DNA of 64,000 bases from Phoronis australis. Taxonomy: Eukaryota > Animalia > Phoronida. Positions 27,001 through 38,906 of the stretch are shown here, in pieces. The stretch spans positions 327,873 through 391,872 of the forward strand of contig NMRA01000247.1 of assembly GCA_002633005.1 (NCBI GenBank), read 5' to 3'. The number at the start of each line of letters is the position of its first letter. Position 1 is the first letter of the stretch. Both the position numbers and the translations under genes were made by a program. The notes under the pieces were generated by a model, which made no database searches, was not told the DNA's origin, and saw only the letters and a list, made by a program, of their open reading frames with translations.

Positions 27001-30000
27001 AGGTAGAGTTAACGAGACAATTTTTACATTGCAATCCATGGAGACTCGACAATAAAATACAGATATCTCATAAGTAAATGGTGAAGACAGCACTTGATAA
27101 TACAATTCCTGTAGTTAGCTTTCCACAGCTCTCGACTTCCATGGTCAGCTGGTGTCAAGGTGAATGGTAATAGTAATAACTTGACTTTACCAGATACGTT
27201 TAAGATATCCTATCATACACTGAGTAACATTTTAACTCAGGCACCAAAGATGAGACTGCGATGCGAGAGTTTCAGGTTCAATTTCACAGTGCGGCTGATT
27301 TCAGATAAAAGATTTCTCTACCCAACTTTAAATAGTCCCGATATTAGTCATCTTATTTACAGAATCCCTATCTGTTCACCACTTTGCCTCAAAATCCAAC
27401 AATGCATAAGTTTGTCTTATACGGAAAAATGTCTCAGAAAGAAAATATCCGTTAACAATGACTTTACACCTCTGTCTGATTGGTCAGTGACGCTAATTCA
27501 ATTTTCATCTGGCAGATGGTTAATTCCTTAGACTTCTTGAAGAAAAAGCAAAACCACCCCAACTAAGACGGACAAAACAGAAACAAAATACAAACATAGA
27601 ACACACAACCTTTACCTCTGCAGTCATTGTTGTTGGGCAGATGAACCCAGATGGACATGATGTACACGTGGTCTCTCCCTCCAGTGAGTACGTACCAGAC
27701 GTACACGGGGTCTGTGACGTGGCCCCAGAGCATGAATAACCTGCCGGACATGAACGACAGGCAGCAGAACCTGCATCACTGATGGAACCTGATGGACACG
27801 CTTGACAGGCACTCACACTGGATGATCCACTGTTAGGGTTAAAGGTTCCAGCACTACATGCCTGTCGTGCTGCCCCACCACCGGAACAACTGAATAAAAA
27901 GAAATGAAAGTCAAACGTTACATTGTTGTTGGCAAATGGTGATGATGAAGCCTGAACCTACATACACAAGTCGAAAACATATAGGGTAAAGCCTTACCGG
28001 ATGAAAATAATTCCCAAGTTCCCTCTTTTTCATTTTTCAAGAGCTTCTAAAATCGTTGATAAAGTTCACAATTTTTTAAAATATTTATCTAGTCGTAGGT
28101 ATGGTATAGACCATTAACGTGGAAAAGTCACAATTTAGGGGGTACATTTAATTTGAGAAAACTGGGAAAATAAAAGTTCACTTGTCCCCCATATTGTGTC
28201 TTAAATTGGTGAAATATTTTTGTAAGTGCATAAGTGACAAGAATTCTCACTTGGATCATAAGACTGGAATCATACAACAGCAACAAGTAAAAACAACAAA
28301 GTGGTTTTCAAATAAAAGGTTTATACCATTATTTCATCTGTGACAAAAATAATGAGATTTTCACAGAATTTTGACAACAAACCAAGATTACACGGAAATA
28401 AAGTGACCAATGAATGTAATATACCGACCTCTTGGAAACTGTTTTAGCATTGTAAAATCCCTTTAATACCGGATAAATATAATTGCCAAAATCACGCTTT
28501 TTTCATAAATCAAAGACTCGTAACATTGCTATGAATGCAGCAGTTTCTCAAAACATTGTCCTATGTTAGCTATGATGTACGAGTTATGACAGTTGAAAAA
28601 CCTTTATTTTGTTCTATCTTTTCTGCAAAAAGTGGAAAAATAAAAGTTTGCTTCTCCACCATATTCTGTCCTAAATTTGTTAGATTTTACCGTACCATTT
28701 GCTTGACGTTACCTATGTTGAAATTGAGGATTTAGAAATAAATACCAATACTATTAAATAATAGTTCCAGTGGTGGAATCATCTTACACGTAGTAACACC
28801 CTATCAAACATTTCAACCCATTGCTAGACAACAGTCAAGATAAGCTTTAAGACCAACATCTCAATAGGCCCTGAATACACCTAACTGAATGATTACAACG
28901 GTAATATAACTTTGTTCAAATAGCAAGCCTCGATAAGATGAGTTCACATATCTTATCAGCTTATGACACAGAGCCAGGACAAGGATTTTTTTAATACGAC
29001 CATTCAGCCAAACAGTTGAGATCTTAGCAAAAATTTAAAGCGATGAACACGATGAACACGAAGATGAGTTTTTATATACTCTATGTGGCATTTGATCCAT
29101 CACATCAATGGTGAAAAAAGCACCAGAATATCAGAAATGTTAGTGTTCTCAGACTTTGGGCTTTCTTGTATTGACTTATTTTAAGAAAAAATTACATCAA
29201 AAGGCAGGAAAAAAACTTTATTTAGGCCACTAACTACATTATAAAATCATCAACCTAACCTCATATTGTTCCTTAGTTGGATTAAAAGTGATTTCTGCAT
29301 TTGAGAAGAACAAGCACGCAGTTATTGTTCAAGACCAGACCTATCATACTACTTGTCACAGAGGGTTGTAGTAAAACCTCACCATTTATGGCAAAAAATA
29401 TTTTTGCAATAATAAATAATTTTTCATTTTTCAAAAGGCACCTAACATTGCTGGGAATGCCTACAAATCCCCAGACTCAATGTCTGATGGTAACTGTGGT
29501 AGGCACCTTAAAAAATGATACAGCATTTATTTGGTGCTACTTATCTTCTATGAAAAAATGAAAAAATAAAATTTCCCTTATCAGCCATATTGTGTGCTAA
29601 ATTGATGAGATTTTCCAGTAGTTTCAGTCACGAAGAAAGAATGGTCATCACAGAAATTTCTGGCAATTTGTTGTAAATTGACAAAGGATAAGAAAGCCAT
29701 GACACTGATTTGGAAGACTGAATAATACACATGTGAAGACAGTTGATGTTTTAACATCATTACATGGTTTATGAATTTGGCATCTGAAGTGACAAGTATC
29801 ATTTTTAACACCAAGACATTTTACGTGACATGCATCATTTTTCTGGGTACACAGGTAAACTTCGAGTTTAAATTATTGTAAAATATGTACGGTGTTTTCT
29901 TTATTTGTTCGTACACTCTATTAGTTCGTACAGGACCCTTGAAACATGGCATTTGTCTCCAATAGTACGTAAAGTAGTCGTCTGAGAGAAAAATAGTTTG

Positions 30001-33000
30001 TACACGTTTGCTTTGGAAAAAAATAATTCGTACAAGCTTTCTGGATCGGTAAAATGGAAATTTTCATTCTTATAAAAGAACACAAATCAATAAGCGCCAA
30101 TTCTATTCAGGTGATCGGAATCAGTTATTTGCTTTACTTCACTAGCATAGAGCTAGAAAAGTCGTTTTTCAGATCGCCATTTTTGACAACAGAAAATGTG
30201 GAAATACCGATAAGATTTTCCAGTGTGTCGCCAAATAGCGGTAAAAATGTTTTAACAGTGGATTTTCCCAACAACGTTCTGTTACTCTCAGATTAGTACT
30301 ACACGAATAATTTTACAAAAGTGCAGAGTAACAGTATCATGCCATCCCGTAGTCTTTTTAGAGCTGATTCCGGTGACTGCAGTGCGCAACTATACAGTGC
30401 TCCACTTGGATTGCAACTATTCTCACATGGCAAAGTGCGCGCATGCAATCTTCACGTGTTGCAGAGATTACATTATAAGGATTAAATTTTTGGCCAGAGT
30501 CAGGTCCCGTGACACGAGTAAAACTATGCGCGTATTATAAAGTTCTGAGTTCAGAGAGCACGAAATAAATGTTTGAAAAACTAATTCAGGTGTTTTTTTA
30601 TGGTTGGGAATGTTTATGTTCTAGACTCCATAACCCAATAAATTGTCAACGTAAGGTTTAGTGCAGCGAGGCTAACTTCAGTTGCCTCTCCGTGAAACAC
30701 GCTATGCAATGAAGATGAGAATTGGAGGTAAGCGTCAGTCGTCAATCAAAAGTTACTGCAAGGGCATTACTCAACAACAAGTATTTGCTTTATATTTTAT
30801 GACTTTGACTCGGGATGAGTCTAATTTTAGAACCCGCACAGTGGGGGTCCTAGGGAAAAAATACTTCATACAGTATTATTCGGGTAATCGGTAGCTCGAT
30901 GTTCCCTAGGCTCAATGTTCCAGTCTCGTAGCCACCTTCTAGCGATCTTCTTTATTCTTTTCTCCGTACACTAGCGCCAATTATCATTCCAGGGTCGCCA
31001 GTCGACCCCGTAGATTTTTCAGGCTTAATTCTATGGGAAGAATTTTGTTCTGGCTGAAGCTGGCCAATGTAGAAACAAAATTATTCCGCGTGGCTATACA
31101 GGTAGGTGGAAACTATATCTACACAGACAGGCCTAGGCAGCGCAGTTTGCCCCAAGAAATTGTATCGTAATAACATTTCTTACTATTGCAGTCACTTAGT
31201 TTCTTATTACCTCAAACATTCACGGATAGTATTTGTCTATAATACCTTTGACTTTTTAGGAAACACGGTAAGCGCCTACTGCTCTACAAAGCTAGGTTTT
31301 GAGAAATTTCAATAAAGCTCCAGGGCACACAACAAGAACCGCCAACGACATTGGTAAAGTCTGCTAATGCCACCTTGATTGACAATGAGCTAAAAACAAA
31401 ACCTGGCTTGCATTTTTTATTATTTCAAGATCATACACAAATACCCAGTAACGTAGGCATCAAATTAACCCTGTGAGGCACACTGTCCTTTCCGTCGCCA
31501 CACATCCTCGGTTACCCGGCAAAATACACTTCCAGAAAGTCTGGCGAATTTCATCAAAATAGAGAGAATTTGTCACCTTTCCGTGAGGTATGAGAATTGT
31601 TCAAAATCCAAGAGCTTCCCTTCTAAATTGAATTGGGAGTGTTGGCAAAACCACTGTCACATTTCTTTGGCCTGATTTTTTCGAATACATATATTATCTA
31701 GTGCACTTCAGTCGGAAACTAAGTGTGGCAGGCGACATCGCAGAAAGCGGAGATTCCGAAGGCGATGTGGTTCCTGAAGTTTGCGAAAACAGGAAGAAAA
31801 TAAAGTTACAAAAGAGTTCAAGCATTATATTTTGAAGTAAACCCATCACCCGGTAAAATAATTTGTTGCATGTTGTTATAATTCACATTGACAAATCACC
31901 ATCTCGGAGGCCGCTATTGGACTCATCATCGATCTTTATCTCTAATAATTCGAACATTCGACTTTCTTCTCTAATAGTTCCAAAGGTCAATTTTGTCTCT
32001 ATTAATTCGTACACGAAGCTCTCAAGGGAAGAATCGTTTGTACACTAGTGTACGAACTAATAGAGAAAACACCGTATATCCCCTAAGTGAAATTCAACCA
32101 ATGATTAAAACCTGACAAATACAAAAGAAAAGTCACTTTCTACCTTTTTGACCAATTTTGAATGGTTAACTATTTCCCAATTAAAATAATATTTTTTTTT
32201 TCTTTTTGTAGGTTAATCTTGCTAATCAAAAGCATATAAATACAAAAACTATTAATTAAGTTACTGTTCTTTCAGATGCCAACTACACGAATTATTACCC
32301 ACTAATTCTGCATTTCACGTTGGAAGTAAGAAGTAATAGAGCGTATTGTATACACTATTAGGGATATGACCGTACAGGAAATTTTGGGTATTTTATCAAA
32401 TATTCCAAAGGCTTCCTTCAACCAGATTTCAATGGCTGAAACATGAGAATAAATGTTTCCAGTCCAAATTTTGTCCACGTCCACATCCCCTCATGACCCA
32501 GTGAAGGTCCACTCAAGGAAATATTGATCAAATAGCCACTATTCAACAGATCAAATATGAACTTAGATCTCTTTTTAAATTTCACAACTGCCAAAAGCAT
32601 TTCACTAAATCATAACATGAAATGAATCGTGAGAGAAATCTTGACCTTATTGGCTAGACTGGTTCAAATGATATAATATGTCATCATGCAGCACAATATT
32701 CTTAGGACACCAGTCCACATTATGCAGCAAACTGTAAGGTATGAGGTTTTATATAACAAGCCTTGACAACCAAAGCCAAATTCTAAGACCTTTCTCAACA
32801 GTTGCATAACTGAACAAGTGTCTCTATTCAGGTTCAACATATGAGGAAAAAACCAGTCCAACAGCCAGTAAGACAAATGCACTGTAGTCAAATGAATGTT
32901 TTTTGATTGCCCAAGAAGTACAGGAGATCAAGGGTATATTCAATGTTAGCTAATCTAGTAGTTCACTCCCAATTTGTTTTGATGGAGGTCTTTACTGCTT

Positions 33001-36000
33001 GTGTTTATCTAGGTCAACCTCAGGGGATATGGTGATGATGTCTTTACTGTGTTTGCCCATTGTGTAGCCAGGGAGACAAATAAATATTTGCCTCCTCACA
33101 CAAAAGAAGTTTTCAACTGACTGGTGGGTGCAGACCAGGAACAAGATTAATTTACTACACAAGCCTGATAAGGCTGATTTGTGGTGGTACTACCAAACCA
33201 ATGAACTCCATCATGAATTTTGGTCACCTGCCCCTGACATAATACATCTTGTAAATTTTGCTTATCTCACAACACATTCTGCAAGTTCAGTAAAATTTCA
33301 TAACCAAACACACCAAGAAGTCTCACTAAATCTAGACTGTGTAAGTGATAAGGGAATAAATGAAACATACTGTCATTAAAAACTAGTACTAACCAAAATT
33401 ACGGAAATTTCCTTCTTTTTGAGAATCTAAGAGGTAAAAACCCTCTGTTGAGTTTCGGTGACCAAGAAGACCAATCAAATGTTACTACAGTACAGAAAAC
33501 AGCAAATTTTTTATCAAAGATTGGATTCTACTCCATCTAAGAAGCTCGTTCGGGAAACGTATCAAAACTATTACAAATTATTTTCAAGATTGTGGAATGA
33601 CTACGGAGGTAAGACCTAGTTACTATTTGCAGGACAATTTTACAATGAAAAACTATGACGCACGTTATCTGAATACCTTTTTCCTACATATCAGTTTTAC
33701 TGGTTTTCAGTATATTAACTCAACACTCACTCTCCTAAAAAAGAACTGCTATAGTAAGTCTTACAAAAGAACTGTTTCGTCTCATATTTTAGCTTTGCTA
33801 CGTCAGCCATCACAAAAGTTGACTACAGAATTATTTGGATATAAACCGTAGCTGTTGGTTGTCAGTTAGATGACGAAATTTGCAGTTCACTTATTGTTCA
33901 AAGAAACACTGGTCACTATAATAACTTTATTTTCTTCTATACTATTAGCACTCCGAAATTTTTAAATCTAGAGCTGAAATTGGAATATTCACATCACAGC
34001 CATTTTTAAACACTTCAAAAATGTATAAAAGCAGAACAAGCTTCAAGCCAAAGAATACATTTGGTGCGTGCTCATGAAAATGGTGACAAGAATGTTCCTC
34101 ACTCCCCAACCATTTATCTAATACTAAGTCATATTAGGTCTTTAGTTTAAAACATTTGTTAACACATTTAAACATTCCAAATTTGTTCATTTAAGGATAG
34201 TAATAATATGGTTTTGTTTCAAAACATTGCAAATGGTTTTCATAAAATTTAAATTTCTGAAAGTGTAACCCAAGTGCTCAACTGGAAATTTGAGGAACTA
34301 ATTCTACTGACGTGAATCATGCATTGAGTAATTAATGTCCACAATGAGGGGTCAATGGAGAGACCTTCCTCAATAATGGAAAACAGAAGGAATTCACAGA
34401 ATCTGACTTCGATCATGGAATTAGAGATTTAAAAAGGAAGCTCCATATTTCAGTAGCATGTGCCATAGTTCCAATATTTTGGGTTTTTAACCACAAAAAA
34501 ATAACATACTTCATCAAATTCGACATGTTCTGGCCACAAATCAACCCACGTCTGTGTTTTGCAGCAGACGTGCTCAAGTTGCTGACATTCATTCTTTGAG
34601 AAGATGCTGCTGTTCACTTGCAATTTTGAGAAAAAAACAAAAATGGCACGCTGCAAGATACTGGTAAAACACAGCTGCTGCATCATTCGACAAACATAAT
34701 TCTCAGGTTATTTCTCACTTTAAACTGGTATGGTAATTTTTCACTTATTTAGCACACGGCGTGGCTGACAAGTGAAACTCTATTTTGTTAAATTGCTCCA
34801 CATACTAAAGATTAAGAACATTTTAGTCTATTACAAGTATGGTTTGCAATGTGTAGATGTCATAAAACATTTGCTTAAGTTCCAATTATCCTGCAAAAAA
34901 ATGTAAGCAGCTATTAAATGGAAAGTAACCATTTTGACAATTTTTGAGCAAAATAGGTGGAGAATTGCCATAAAACGGAATTTGACAGTTAAAAAATCAG
35001 GAAAATGAAATTTCATTTCCCAATATGGAGTTCTCTGCTTTTGAAAAACGAAAACCATGGTGTCTAAATGCAATGAGTAGCAAAATACACGTACTGATAT
35101 CCAGGCTCACAAACGAGACATGAGGATGAATTAGAGTGGAAGTACTCCCCAGAAGTGCAGTTGACTGAAGTACAGGTGGCGTTGGCCGAGTCTGAAATGA
35201 CAAGAACAACAACTTTTATTTACAAGGAAGGTTTGTCAACCACAAACACACCACAATTCAGATTACACTTAAAAGGAACATTGGTTTAAACTTTAGGTTA
35301 TGTAGAACCATAGCAAATGCATAAATTTGGCTAACTTTGGAACAACACATCTCAGAAATTGCTGAACACATTTATATAAAACACTCAGGCCATGTAAGAG
35401 TAGGTGCCCCAAGTACGTCTATTAATGGAGTTGAAATGCATTGCCAACCACTAAAAATCGATATTCGCTTCGTTCCTGTGACTTGGTTTTATTCCATTTA
35501 CTACCAAAATAACACATAGCCTGAAAGACCAATCCCACATCTACAAAGTAAAGAATAAAATATTAACTTTGGTGTAGCTACCAGCTGACAGCAAGTTTTG
35601 TCTAGCCGAGACATCACCGCCAAATCAGTACTTGCATTTTCAAGAGTCTGTCGACAAATCTGTGTATTTAGTCAAATTTCTATAAAACTATAGATTTTAA
35701 CTCAGTAAAAGTATATATTTTAACTCAGTAAAAGTATATATTTTAACTCAGTAAAAGTATATATTTTAACTCAGTAAAAGTATATATTTTAACTCAGTAA
35801 AAGTATATATTTTATGAAAGTAGAAACATTTCTTGAGCTAAATTCAACAGTAGATATGCGGCTGAATGCACTTATTGATAACCTCCACCATATTTAAGAA
35901 TGCTTGTCATTAGCTATAACACGCACTGTTGAAGCACAATTTCACCACAAACGCACTTGATAATTATTGCCCATTGTTGATGAATACTACTGCACTATTC

Positions 36001-38421
36001 AGATGACAAAAAGCCAAATTCCAATTCAAAGAAGCATAATTTCAGTTATGGCAGTAAAAAGCAATACCTAACCAAATGCACTAAATGCACTGTAAAACTA
36101 GTGGTAGAGTAATGAACCCAGTTCTGGTTTAAGATCTGAGACCCTAAATACACATTTTTCAATTCTGTGATGACCTTCAAAACAAAAATCGGTGAGCAGA
36201 CATACTGAAAATGAAAATAGAGCAGTTACAGGCTTTTAATTATTTAAGATTGTCAATTAGCAATCAATAGTCTCAAGGGAGGTCAAATATTGCACAGTGA
36301 ACACTTTGTTTTTGACAACAGTGAAACTTCCTATAGGCTATTCTCTACAATTTAATTCACAAAAAGCTTAATGAAGAAAAGTTTTCACCCATTTCAAATA
36401 ATATGTATCATTAATTTTAGACATTCCGTTTGTCAAAATTCCTCACTTATTTCAAAATTATGAACATGATTCTTTATAAGACTAGATTTCAAATCTGACT
36501 TTCCGGATGACACATTTCAAGACTCTTTTATAAACTGCATTTTTCATCAGACCATAAACTACCATACTGTACATTTCAAAATTACAAACATGAATTCTTC
36601 TTCCCAGAGAAAGATGTCCAAATTTTAGAATGTTTTACTACACTTCACCATTCAGGAAGTGTAAGAATCAGTCTGAAATAAATCTACAGATTAAAGTCCA
36701 ACAGTGCTGACAGACTACACCTTTTACAATTCAGATATACATGTCAGTTACAAAATGATGATGTATGACTTCACCATGGGGAATTAAGCACCTTTTTGGA
36801 ATTTTACTTATCTTTTTTATCAGAGTATACCGTAACCTAAAATGTTGTAAAGAATTAGACTCGGTTCAAGGATGGCATCATGTGCTAACAGGTTCCTGTT
36901 ATTAATTTTATTCAATGACTCCTTATTTGTTTCATAAAACTTAAAGCTTTTAACCAACCAATTATTTTGTAACCAGTATGAATTTATATTTCAAGCACTG
37001 ACGTCACACTTCTGTACCCCTTAACACAAACATGTCCGAATGAATGTTTTTCTGAAAGAATATGACTAGTGTTCTCCATACAGAATATAATTCCTAACTC
37101 AGATTGCATTTTTTGAAAGCGTTAATTCCCTTTGGGCATCAGAATGTACACAATAACTCACAGTTCATAAATTTATAAAATAAAAGACGATGATAATTTA
37201 AAGTTCATTCTTCTTCTCCTTCTTCTGATACATCAAACTTCAACTTGTTGAAGACATTGACGGAAAAGAAAATGTTATTTCCAAAAGACAAATTGCAGTT
37301 ATTATTAACAGAAGGTGTTATACAGTGCAGGATAAAAATAGTTGGATCAGGTGATGTTGTGGCATTTGGAACAAATTGTTCTTGAATGCCTATAGAAGGT
37401 GCTGAGACCACTTTGTTTCTCAGTTCATTCCACTGCCGAGTAGTGACGCAGTGACGCATGGTGTTGAGCAAGTGGTATGCATGGACATTGACGCATCTGG
37501 GAGAGCATGTACTATAGGTGAACTGCCACTATCCCATAGTGCTTGTAAAAGAGTCAGTCTGCTGTTCATCCTGTCTAGCCTGGAGGGTGTCCCCAAGACA
37601 ACTCCTCAATCATAGAAGAAACAACAGACATTTGTCTGTATTTATGCTTGAAACAAAGAGCACTTCTGCACTGGATCAATTCAATTTTATCAATGTTATT
37701 TTCGTATATCTTTAGTAGTCTATAGATAACGTTAAACAACACACATTTCATGCCTTCTGCATCTGCGAAAGAAGATTGGCCAAGTTGAATAGTAAGGTCC
37801 CACAGAACGCATCATTATAAGAAAAAATACTAATGGGGGATGTATGTTTTATTTAAAGGAAGTCCTGACCTGATTTTTGCAATACCTTTCAATACTTTAG
37901 TGATTAACATGCTGTTTACTAGTTGGCACAAAGACACAGACAGGCTAGATCTTATCAATATTGTGATGTGCATTGGCTAGATTGTTTCTGAAAGTCACAC
38001 ACCAACATGCCTGCACAGATCCTAACCACCTCACTATTAACACCGATTTCGAGGACCTGAGGTAAGCCTCCATATGGTTCTGTTGGCAATGAACGGAGGG
38101 TCGTTATAAGCGCCAAGTACAGTCTCCACAAATTCACTATCCATTCTTTGCAAACCCAGAAATCACATCTCAACTAAGTAAGGAGCAACATGAAACCAAT
38201 TTTATAGGAGTAAGTGATCTAAACCAAAAGTTTGCTTTTTTGGAAAGAGTGGGAACACATTCATGTTGTAATGAAGGCACACTCAAGTCTCAACACAAAT
38301 CACAATGTCATTGTCAATGAATATATTCAGAATGTTTAAAACCAATCTGTGTCTTACCAATCGTGGCCAGCCACAGAAAGACAATGCCAAGAAAACAGTA
38401 CGCCAAGTGAGGGTAATCCAT
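12006..38421 (-). CDS. Secreted giant cysteine-repeat protein (GCC2/GCC3 / Ephrin_rec_like repeats), intact N-terminal part, about 1170 aa, 17 coding exons
   Basis: Exons: 38358-38421 (MDYPHLAYCFLGIVFLWLATI, signal peptide continuing DSANA|TC), 35095-35191, 27616-27889, 25290-25398, 24559-24753, 22706-23587, 19092-19238, 18134-18475, 17440-17644, 16763-16878, 15913-16176, 15560-15648, 14818-14931, 14329-14409, 13543-13770, 12953-13115, 12006-12148. All introns are GT-AG and phase-compatible. Total 3513 nt, encoding repeated CxxCPAGxxC...CxxGxY(S/Q) motifs. The terminal stop at 12006-12008 (..GEYSFAAAVRNFLVS*) is inferred from read-through of a lost donor. Confidence 0.8.
12349..12528. repeat. 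Imperfect 180-bp palindrome, Penelope-like pLTR remnant
   Basis: gagaaagttgaaaatgaaaagtgagatgcgattcatgatccaagt is mirrored at the right end; one arm carries CTGATGA...GAAAC. Confidence 0.55.
18008..18073. repeat. 21-bp tandem repeat, 3 copies
   Basis: Unit ttcagcatttctcactataac, intronic. Confidence 0.9.
19451..20120. other. About 230-bp direct duplication around a single N (probable assembly join or haplotype overlap)
   Basis: 19451-19678 is repeated at 19892-20120 immediately after the n at 19891. Confidence 0.8.
20808..21687 (-). pseudogene. Dead tandem duplicate (pseudo-exon) of the 882-bp exon at 22706-23587
   Basis: Near-identical to 22706-23587 but has a 2-bp deletion (ACTGCCA--GTC), a CGA>TGA stop near 21286, and the donor gtaaac changed to agaaac. 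Confidence 0.9.
29890..32074. mobile_element. Non-autonomous TA-flanked DNA transposon (Tc1/mariner/pogo-like), about 2.2 kb
   Basis: TIR of about 28 bp, CGGTGTTTTCT(C/T)TATT(A/T)GTTCGTACACT; TA on both flanks; subterminal ttcgtaca repeats; no transposase ORF. Confidence 0.75.
35695..35814. repeat. 23-bp tandem repeat, about 5 copies
   Basis: Unit ttttaactcagtaaaagtatata. Confidence 0.9.
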
Positions 38422-38906
38422 TTCTTCAGTTGCTTATCATGGCGTCTTCTGTTTTTTCACCAAGAAATATCCTGGAAGAAGGTACGTTCAACTCCACGGG
38501 AACCGATCTCAATGTCACACCGCTTGCGCACTTTCGAAATCCGTTTTCACAGCTTTTCTTCGTTAAATCAGGTAACCCGAAACAGAGAAAACAATTTTTT
38601 GGCTTATTCTTGATGAAGTAGTCTGTTTCTCGAACGATGTTTACACTTATTCAATGAATTCGTTACCAAATCTTGACCAGCAAGTTTGGAACACTACAAA
38701 CTTTCATGTTATGGCGGACGTTTGACGTCATTTGCGTCAAGTTGCTCGGAAACTCGACTCTTGCGACATCTAACGAGAGAACGACATATCCAAAAAAAGT
38801 CGTAGGAGGATTCGCCATTTTCAGCAGATTTTCCTTTTGAGACGGAAACATATTGTTGACAAATTGTTGAATCACAATCAAAAAGCGGGCTGCTGAAGGC
38901 AGCAGG
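38422..38906. promoter_or_regulatory. Bidirectional promoter / 5' UTR region
   Basis: Locally CpG-rich interval between the divergent ATGs at 38421 (-) and 38907 (+). Full CRE TGACGTCA at 38723-38730; YY1-like CGCCATTT at 38813-38820 and ATGGCG at 38711. Confidence 0.7.

Noticed and set aside
37205-37700. Possible decayed Crypton/ZMYM-like coding remnant ending ...FDVSEEGEEE*
   Set aside because: No catalytic motif could be recovered; too weak without a profile search.
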